Source: Gammaproteobacteria bacterium
Lineage (GTDB): Bacteria; Pseudomonadota; Gammaproteobacteria; Eutrophobiales; Eutrophobiaceae
Reading direction: 5' to 3'
DNA length: 64,000 bases
Assembly (NCBI GenBank): GCA_003250975.1
Contig: QKIY01000028.1
Location: 195,248-259,247 of the forward strand
Positions 30,539-39,777 of this stretch are shown in pieces. The translations under genes were made by a program, and so were the position numbers. Below the pieces are notes generated by a model that did no database searches, had not been told where the DNA came from, and saw only the letters and a program-made list of their open reading frames with translations. Position 1 is the first letter of the stretch; the number at the start of each line of letters is the position of its first letter.

Positions 30539-30547
30539 TTATCCAAA
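30539..30547 (+). promoter_or_regulatory. DnaA-box-like TTATCCAAA (8/9)
   Basis: One mismatch to TTATCCACA, 23 bp upstream of dnaA start. Confidence 0.4.
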
Positions 30548-30569
30548 CCAACAAAAGAGGTGTGTTTTT

Positions 30570-31904
30570 GTGGCTGTTACTCCGTGGAAATACTGTCTTG
30601 AATGCCTGGAAGGAGAGCTGACACCACAACAATTCAACACCTGGATACGACCACTTCAAGCCATTGAGGACGATGCAGCCATTCACCTGCTTGCCCCGAA
30701 CCGCTTTGTCATGGACTGGGTTAATGACCAATACCTGTCGATGATAAAAGATTTCCTGAACCAACAGGATAATTCATCCAATCTCTCGGTGCTCGTTGAG
30801 GTCGGCAGTTCATCAAGACCGGTAAAAACTGACGATACATCTACTATAAGGCCCCAAGCGCCGGTTGTCAGGAACAGTAAGCATTCAAACAACCTGAACA
30901 AGGATTTCACCTTTGAAACGTTTGTCGAGGGCAAATCGAACCAGCTTGCCCGCGCAGCCTCCCTGCAGACATCACAGAATCCGGGTAATTCTTACAACCC
31001 CTTGTTTATCTATGGTGGCGTCGGTCTGGGCAAGACTCATCTTATGCACGCTATTGGTCACTCTATACTCCAGCATACCCCGGGAGCCAATATTGCCTAT
31101 CTGAATTCCGAGCGCTTCGTTGCAGACATGGTCAAGGCCCTGCAACACAACGCTATAAACGATTTCAAGCGCCATTACCGAAGCGTGGACGCCCTGTTAA
31201 TTGACGACATACAGTTTTTCGCCGGTAAGGAACGTTCACAGGAAGAATTTTTTCATACCTTCAACTATCTACTCGAAGGCCAGCATCAAATCATATTGAC
31301 CTGTGACCGATACCCAAAGGAAGTTAATGGTCTTGAGGAACGTCTCAAGTCCCGTTTCGGGTGGGGGCTTACCGTTGCCATCGAACCACCGGAACTTGAG
31401 ACTCGGGTGGCCATACTCCATATGAAGGCCGCCAGAAATAATTACACACTACCCGACGAGGTCGCCTTCTTTATTGCCAAGCGCTTCCGTTCAAATGTCC
31501 GGGATCTTGAAGGCGCACTGAATCGCGTTTTTGCACACTCTAACCTGACCGGCCAGGCCATTACGCTGGACTTTGTTCAGATGGCACTGAAGGACCTGCT
31601 GTTAATTCAGGACAAGCAAATCACCATTGAAAATATCAAGAAGATCGTGGCGGAATACTACAAGATCCGTGTCGCGGACCTGTTATCAAAGCGCCGTAAC
31701 CGGTCTGTTGCCCGCCCTAGGCAACTAGCCATGGCCCTGTCCAAAGAACTGACAGGTCACAGCCTACCGGAGATCGGGGATGCCTTTGGTGGCAGGGATC
31801 ATACAACCGTGCTACACGCGTGCAGGAAGATTACAGATCTGCGTAAAACTGACCAGAAGATTGAGGAAGACTATAATAATCTGGGTAAAATCCTTACTAC
31901 ATGA
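30570..31904 (+). CDS. dnaA: chromosomal replication initiator DnaA
   Basis: GTG start with AAGAGG SD; [31 protein letters not shown] domain I; AAA+ Walker [11 protein letters not shown]; C-terminal DNA-binding domain. Confidence 0.95.
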   Translation: MAVTPWKYCLECLEGELTPQQFNTWIRPLQAIEDDAAIHLLAPNRFVMDWVNDQYLSMIKDFLNQQDNSSNLSVLVEVGSSSRPVKTDDTSTIRPQAPVVRNSKHSNNLNKDFTFETFVEGKSNQLARAASLQTSQNPGNSYNPLFIYGGVGLGKTHLMHAIGHSILQHTPGANIAYLNSERFVADMVKALQHNAINDFKRHYRSVDALLIDDIQFFAGKERSQEEFFHTFNYLLEGQHQIILTCDRYPKEVNGLEERLKSRFGWGLTVAIEPPELETRVAILHMKAARNNYTLPDEVAFFIAKRFRSNVRDLEGALNRVFAHSNLTGQAITLDFVQMALKDLLLIQDKQITIENIKKIVAEYYKIRVADLLSKRRNRSVARPRQLAMALSKELTGHSLPEIGDAFGGRDHTTVLHACRKITDLRKTDQKIEEDYNNLGKILTT

Positions 31905-32051
31905 TGTGGTTATTGTGTTAATAAATCACTTTTTAACACAACAACTACTGTTCTGGGGTAAACTGTCCACAGGCAGATCAGATATTAAATACAGACCATA
32001 ATGACACACCCAATATAATCTAACTTTTTGTTTTTATGATGTTTATTTGAC

Positions 32052-32060
32052 TTATCCACA
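32052..32060 (+). promoter_or_regulatory. DnaA box TTATCCACA (perfect) in AT-rich dnaA-dnaN intergenic
   Basis: Exact consensus within a 200-bp stretch of roughly 75% AT. Confidence 0.6.
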
Positions 32061-32104
32061 ATCTTGTTAGGTATAAATTATAATAAAAACAATTAGGTAT
32101 ATAT

Positions 32105-33205
32105 ATGAAATTTAATATTAATAGAGAATTGCTCTTGCCCGCCTTGCAGACCGTCAATACCGTAGTAGAAAGGCGCCACACTCTGCCAATACTATCTAAC
32201 CTATTGATTTCATTGAATAAAAATACTATTGATATTGCTGGTACGGATATGGAAGTGGAAGTCATCACCACTCTTACAGCCAAAACCGGTGAGGAATGCC
32301 AGTTTACTATCCCGGGTCGAAAATTGCTGGACATCTGCCGTGCCCTCCCGGAATCGGCGGAACTGGATTTCTCTGTTAACAAGGACCATATCACCCTGAA
32401 AACAGGTAGGAGTCGCTTTACACTGGCAACATTGCCCGCTAAGGACTTTCCTATCACCGATATATCCGAGCCGATTGTTGAGTTTGAGATCGAACAAGGA
32501 GTATTCAAATCGCTCATCGAGGACACGATGTTTGCTATGGCGCAACAGGATGTCCGCTACTATCTGAATGGACTCCTCCTAGAGGCGAGCAATCAACGGC
32601 TCAGGGCCGTTGCGACTGATGGCCACCGCCTGGCGATGAAAGAGATTTCCCACAAATTGCCGATTGATGAGCAGATTCAGGTCATTGTCCCGAGGAAAGG
32701 TGTAATTGAACTTGCACGTTTGTTGGAAGACAGCGATGAAAAGGCCAGGTTTCAGATCACCCGAAACCACGTCCGGATTAATCTGAACAGCATACAATTT
32801 ACAAGCAAACTGATCGACGGCAAGTTCCCTGATTATGAACGTGTGTTACCAAAAGAAACCAGCACACCCCTGATCTCTGATAAGAATGCGCTTAAGCAGA
32901 GCCTCACACGCGCCTCAATCCTGTCGAATGAAAAATATAAAGGGGTGCGCATTGTCCTCAAGAAGAACAGCCTGCAGGCACTGGCCCATAACCCGGAACA
33001 GGAAGAGGCAGAGGAAGAACTCGAGGTGGATTACCAAGGCCAGGATATGGAGATTGGCTTCAATGTGACTTACCTGCTGGATGCGATCAATGCAATAAAG
33101 TCCGCCAGGGTGATCATGGCAACCAAGGACCCGGACAGCAGTTGCCTTATCTTGCCGGAAGAGGAAACAGGCTGTAAGTATGTCGTTATGCCAATGCGGC
33201 TGTAA
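32105..33205 (+). CDS. dnaN: DNA polymerase III beta sliding clamp
   Basis: 366 aa; MKFNINRELLLPALQTVNTVVERR N-terminus, C-terminal MPMRL. Confidence 0.95.
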   Translation: MKFNINRELLLPALQTVNTVVERRHTLPILSNLLISLNKNTIDIAGTDMEVEVITTLTAKTGEECQFTIPGRKLLDICRALPESAELDFSVNKDHITLKTGRSRFTLATLPAKDFPITDISEPIVEFEIEQGVFKSLIEDTMFAMAQQDVRYYLNGLLLEASNQRLRAVATDGHRLAMKEISHKLPIDEQIQVIVPRKGVIELARLLEDSDEKARFQITRNHVRINLNSIQFTSKLIDGKFPDYERVLPKETSTPLISDKNALKQSLTRASILSNEKYKGVRIVLKKNSLQALAHNPEQEEAEEELEVDYQGQDMEIGFNVTYLLDAINAIKSARVIMATKDPDSSCLILPEEETGCKYVVMPMRL

Positions 33206-33216
33206 ACCCAAACGGT

Positions 33217-34296
33217 ATGCGGTTCACGCAGCTTTCGATCCAGTCTGTAAGAAATCTTGCAGATATAAGCCTGAAGTGCCACCCAGGCTGTAATATCATC
33301 TATGGCAAAAACGCGGCGGGTAAGACAGCTATACTTGAGGCCATTCATATCCTCGCCCGCATCAGTTCCTTCAGGACCCCCAAGATCACCGAGGTCATTC
33401 AACGTTCGCAGGATAAGTTAACGGTATCCGCCGAACTCCAGGACCGAATGGACCGTGCCATCAAGACAGGACTGGAAAAGGGCAGGCTGAAAACACGGAT
33501 ACGCTTTAATGGCCATAAGGTCTTGCGACGTTCGGAACAGGCCAGAAATATTCCCCTCCTGACCATTACGCCAGAAAGCCACAGGCTTCTATTCGGTACC
33601 CCCAGGGAGAGACGCCATTGGTTGGACTGGTCATTGTTCCACGTGGAACAAGGCTATATCAGACATTGGCAGGACTATCACCATGCCCTGCGGCAAAGAA
33701 ATATATTGTTGAGAAAATCCGTACGAGGGGAACAACTAGACCCTTGGGAAAAGGCACTATCAGTCTCAGCAGCGCCGATTATCGTCGCACGCAATAGGTA
33801 CCTTCAGCGACTGGAGTTGACTCTGGGCCAATATACCGGTGAAGAGGTTATGCCGGTGGAACTCAAGTATACCGGGACAGAAGAGACTGAAGAGGCCTAT
33901 GCGAGAAAACTACGGGACAACCGCCAATCCGATAGCAAGGCGGGCCATACTCAGCTTGGGCCACACCGGGACGATATCCATTTTCAGCAGGGCAAACACA
34001 ACATAGGCAGTATCTTTTCCAGGGGGCAGGCCAAACAGTTTATTGTTTCATTGACACTGGCACAGGCCGATGTCTACAGGCGGGCCTGCAAGGTGTCACC
34101 CATCATGTTGGTCGATGATCTTACAGCTGAGTTAGACTTGGATGCTCTGCAATTTATCCTGGCGCGTTTGCAGGGACAGGACATGCAAGTCTTTATCACC
34201 ACAACCAGCCTGGAGCCACTGAGTTTGACGAAGAAAGGGCGGGATATGGGGGTGTTCCACGTGGAACACGGTAAGGTTGTAAAAGTGGTAGAATGA
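33217..34296 (+). CDS. recF: DNA replication/repair protein RecF
   Basis: Walker A GKNAAGKT, SMC-like signature, Walker B LVDD. Confidence 0.9.
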   Translation: MRFTQLSIQSVRNLADISLKCHPGCNIIYGKNAAGKTAILEAIHILARISSFRTPKITEVIQRSQDKLTVSAELQDRMDRAIKTGLEKGRLKTRIRFNGHKVLRRSEQARNIPLLTITPESHRLLFGTPRERRHWLDWSLFHVEQGYIRHWQDYHHALRQRNILLRKSVRGEQLDPWEKALSVSAAPIIVARNRYLQRLELTLGQYTGEEVMPVELKYTGTEETEEAYARKLRDNRQSDSKAGHTQLGPHRDDIHFQQGKHNIGSIFSRGQAKQFIVSLTLAQADVYRRACKVSPIMLVDDLTAELDLDALQFILARLQGQDMQVFITTTSLEPLSLTKKGRDMGVFHVEHGKVVKVVE

Positions 34297-34320
34297 CGGA
34301 TTCTTTAGAATGTTGAGTAG

Positions 34321-36735
<2,415 letters not shown>

Positions 36736-36918
36736 TTCACAGCGTACTGGCCAAGAACCAGGCCAGGAATTTAAAGACGGCAGGAGGCGGAAAGATAGGT
36801 AAAGATATCTCATCAGCTACGAAGTTACCCACCTAAACTATTCATTCTACACCCTTGGGACGCGATGGCAAGCGTAAACCCCTGATCACAAGCCCGGGTA
36901 TTTATCTCTCTAAACCGA

Positions 36919-36932
36919 TTGATATAGATCAA
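36919..36932. promoter_or_regulatory. FNR/CRP-family box 1: TTGATATAGATCAA (perfect TTGAT-N4-ATCAA)
   Basis: Exact match to the FNR consensus half-sites with 4-bp spacer. It lies within a larger palindrome ACCGATTGAT-ATAG-ATCAATCGGT (36914..36937). Confidence 0.6.
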
Positions 36933-36942
36933 TCGGTATCAA

Positions 36943-36956
36943 TTGATCTATATCAA
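36943..36956. promoter_or_regulatory. FNR/CRP-family box 2: TTGATCTATATCAA (perfect TTGAT-N4-ATCAA; inverted copy of box 1)
   Basis: Centre 24 bp downstream of box 1 centre; ~34 bp upstream of a TATATT -10 hexamer (36981..36986). Confidence 0.6.
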
Positions 36957-36980
36957 TGGAATTTTATTTTTTCGTTTGCG

Positions 36981-36986
36981 TATATT
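36981..36986 (+). promoter_or_regulatory. candidate -10 hexamer TATATT for the cytochrome cluster promoter
   Basis: Places the FNR box 2 centre near -43 and box 1 near -67 relative to a TSS around 36993, ~100 nt upstream of the first cytochrome gene. Confidence 0.35.
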
Positions 36987-37092
36987 GCAGCGCATATATA
37001 ATTATATTAAATCTAAGTTTCAAGGCGCACGCTGTCTCAAAGATGAAATGGGGCAAATGGGAATAACAACAATAACAAACGTGTAGAAAATA

Positions 37093-37707
37093 ATGCATTG
37101 GCTAAGAAAAATCTGGAATGCGCTACTTCGCCCAAGTTCCCGTTATTCTCTAGGGGCGGTTCTCCTGGTAGGCGCAGTTGGGGGTGTTCTGTTCTGGGGC
37201 GGATTTAACTGGGCGATGGAAATGACGAATACAGAGGCATTTTGTATCTCCTGCCATGAAATGGAAAACACCGTATATAAGGAATACAAAGAAAAGATCC
37301 ATTACTCCAACAATTCAGGTGTCCGGGCAGTCTGCGCTGACTGCCACGTGCCACATGATTGGGTTCACAAAGTGATTCGCAAGATCAAGGCCAGCAACGA
37401 GCTCTATCACAAGATTATCGGGACAATTGATACCGTTGAGAAATTCGAGGCCAAGCGATTGGAGCTTGCAAAGCATGTCTGGGAGGAAATGAAGGCTAAT
37501 GATTCCAAGGAATGCCGTAACTGTCACAGCATGACCGCTATGGATTTATCCAAGCAAAAACCCCGTGCCCGCGGTCAGCACGAAAGTGCCGCGGAAGAAA
37601 ATCAAACCTGCATCGATTGCCACAAGGGAATTGCCCATAAAGACATTCATAAGGAATTGGAGAAAGAGAAAGAGACTGAACCAACAGAAGAGGATTTTAT
37701 GTTGTGA
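37093..37707 (+). CDS. NapC/NirT/CymA-family membrane-anchored tetrahaem c-type cytochrome (quinol dehydrogenase)
   Basis: N-terminal TM helix (YSLGAVLLVGAVGGVLFWGGF) and four CxxCH motifs (CISCH, CADCH, CRNCH, CIDCH); 204 aa, typical size for this family. Confidence 0.85.
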   Translation: MHWLRKIWNALLRPSSRYSLGAVLLVGAVGGVLFWGGFNWAMEMTNTEAFCISCHEMENTVYKEYKEKIHYSNNSGVRAVCADCHVPHDWVHKVIRKIKASNELYHKIIGTIDTVEKFEAKRLELAKHVWEEMKANDSKECRNCHSMTAMDLSKQKPRARGQHESAAEENQTCIDCHKGIAHKDIHKELEKEKETEPTEEDFML

Positions 37708-37738
37708 TTGTTGACTCATGAAACTAAATGAAAGGTAG

Positions 37739-38713
37739 ATGAACATGAAACGCCGGGAAACACTAAGAAAAAGAAAGCTGTCTCAAGCGACTATTATTAT
37801 CGCTTCTTATTTAATTTCGACTGCGAGCGTACAGGCAATCGATTGGGGCAGCGTTCAAGGGAAAGATGTAACACTTTTTTATCCCGGACAGGCATCCTGG
37901 GAATGGGTGCTGACGAAGTCTGATCATAGTGGGGCTGATAAATTCAAGCAGGGAAAGAATTGCAAGGAATGTCACGAACGTGAAGAAAGCGATATCGGCA
38001 CAAAAATCGTAACGGGCAAGAAACTAGAGCCTGATCCTATTCCCGGCAAAAGCGGCTCGATCAAGGTAAACGTCAAAACCGCCCATGACAGTGAAAAGTT
38101 TTATGTCAGATTTGAGTGGTCTGAGACTCCCCAGGGCGATCAACCAATCATGGATAAAGATTTCGATTCCAAAATAACCGTGATGTTCGATGACGGCAAG
38201 GTACTGGCAGCCAAACGGGCCGGTTGTTGGGGCACATGCCATGACGACGCCGTGAATATGGCAAGCGCACCAACGGGAAAGGAGATCACCAAATACCTTG
38301 CCCAATCACGCACAAAACTCGGACGCAGCGGCGGCGGTGAGAATTATAAATCACCGTCCGAGCTTGATCAGTTACTGAATGAAGGAATATTCATGGAATT
38401 CTGGCAGGCAAAGCTTAATCAAGGTGCAGAACCAGTCGCCGTCGACGGATATATCCTGGATAAACGCCATAAGAATGACAATCCCTTGGTTGATGTCCAG
38501 GCGGAATTTAATGGCGGCAAATGGACTGTTACCATGAGCCGGAAACTGACAGTGTCAGAACCACATAGAAAAAATATCGCGGCCGGGCAAATCTATCCGG
38601 TAGGTTTTGCCCTGCATGATAATCATACCGAACACCGTTATCACTATATTTCACTCGAACATACATTCGCCCTGGACCAGGGTGAGGCGGATTTTATCGC
38701 TGTTAAGAAATAA
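37739..38713 (+). CDS. periplasmic c-type cytochrome, atypical (one CxxCH plus one CxxxCH), candidate electron shuttle
   Basis: Signal peptide ending VQA; CKECH near residue 75 and CWGTCH near residue 165. Otherwise a beta-rich soluble protein of 324 aa. Confidence 0.55.
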   Translation: MNMKRRETLRKRKLSQATIIIASYLISTASVQAIDWGSVQGKDVTLFYPGQASWEWVLTKSDHSGADKFKQGKNCKECHEREESDIGTKIVTGKKLEPDPIPGKSGSIKVNVKTAHDSEKFYVRFEWSETPQGDQPIMDKDFDSKITVMFDDGKVLAAKRAGCWGTCHDDAVNMASAPTGKEITKYLAQSRTKLGRSGGGENYKSPSELDQLLNEGIFMEFWQAKLNQGAEPVAVDGYILDKRHKNDNPLVDVQAEFNGGKWTVTMSRKLTVSEPHRKNIAAGQIYPVGFALHDNHTEHRYHYISLEHTFALDQGEADFIAVKK

Positions 38714-38718
38714 ACATT

Positions 38719-39714
38719 ATGGCTATGGGGGGCATAACAATGATTAATGCCAGTAATAGAAAAATGAAGCTATCAGGAGCCCTGCTTCTGTTAGGTATAT
38801 TCGGCAGCTTTCCGGTCTTCGCTGCCGATGGGGGCACCGATGAGGCGGGAAGAGAATACGCATTGAAAGGTGCAAAGACCTGCCTTAAATGCCACGACGA
38901 ATATCCGGTAAAGAATATTTTTCAGACCCCTCATGTGCAAAAGGCCGACAAGAGAACGCCGTTTGCAGCCCATGAATGTGAGTCCTGTCATGGTGCAAGC
39001 CCGGACCACCTGATAGAGCCGCCCAAAAAGGACCAGGGAGAAAAACATAAACCACCCCATCTCGTATTCGGGCTGAAATCGAAAAACTACAAGGTCTCAA
39101 GCGTTGATGATCAGAACAAAGTCTGTCTTGGGTGCCATGAATCGGGGATAAGGATGCACTGGCGCGGGAGCCAGCACCAGTCTGGTGACGTTCCTTGTGC
39201 GGCCTGTCATGCCATACACCAGCCCAAGGATCCGGTTCTGGTCAAGACCGACCAGGCAGAAGTCTGTTTTGCCTGCCATACCGACAAGCGCGCGCAGTTG
39301 CGCCGCCGTTCCAGACACCCAATCAGGGAAGGCAAGGTGGTATGTGCAGATTGTCACAATCCGCATGGCTCCGCCGGACGCACCTTGCTGGTCAAGAACA
39401 CCGTCAATGAAACCTGTTACCAGTGTCACGCTGAAAAGCGTGGCCCGTTCCTGTGGGAACACCAGCCGGTGAGGGAAGACTGCACAAATTGCCATAATCC
39501 GCACGGCAGCACACAGCAGAGGATGCTGGTACAAAGAACACCTTTCCTCTGCAATAACTGTCATTCGGAACGATTTCATCCGAGCACGCTCAGGGACGGG
39601 AGCGGACTGCCGCCTGTTGGTGCGGACAATCGGTTGCTGGGCAAGGGTTGCTTGAATTGCCATTCAAAGATTCACGGTTCCAATCATCCGTCTGGACCCA
39701 GGTTTACCAGATAA
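38719..39714 (+). CDS. decahaem c-type cytochrome, MtrA/MtoA/PioA/DmsE family
   Basis: Signal peptide (MKLSGALLLLGIFGSFPVFA) and ten CxxCH motifs in ~300 mature residues (CLKCH, CESCH, CLGCH, CAACH, CFACH, CADCH, CYQCH, CTNCH, CNNCH, CLNCH). Size and haem density match periplasmic decahaem conduits. The true start is probably an internal Met (38740 or 38764). Confidence 0.85.
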   Translation: MAMGGITMINASNRKMKLSGALLLLGIFGSFPVFAADGGTDEAGREYALKGAKTCLKCHDEYPVKNIFQTPHVQKADKRTPFAAHECESCHGASPDHLIEPPKKDQGEKHKPPHLVFGLKSKNYKVSSVDDQNKVCLGCHESGIRMHWRGSQHQSGDVPCAACHAIHQPKDPVLVKTDQAEVCFACHTDKRAQLRRRSRHPIREGKVVCADCHNPHGSAGRTLLVKNTVNETCYQCHAEKRGPFLWEHQPVREDCTNCHNPHGSTQQRMLVQRTPFLCNNCHSERFHPSTLRDGSGLPPVGADNRLLGKGCLNCHSKIHGSNHPSGPRFTR

Positions 39715-39777
39715 AGTTATGATGACCGAGCTGAATTTTTCATACAGAGATAAACAAGTTGTAACGGGGGCACTGTC

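Noticed and set aside
36736-37092. AT-rich 357-bp region after gyrB as oriC
   Set aside because: It has no perfect DnaA 9-mers and only 3 GATC sites; it is better explained as an FNR-regulated promoter/leader for the cytochrome cluster.
39097-39663. 188-aa minus-strand ORF inside the decahaem cytochrome gene
   Set aside because: The + strand carries ten in-frame CxxCH motifs; the minus frame has none.
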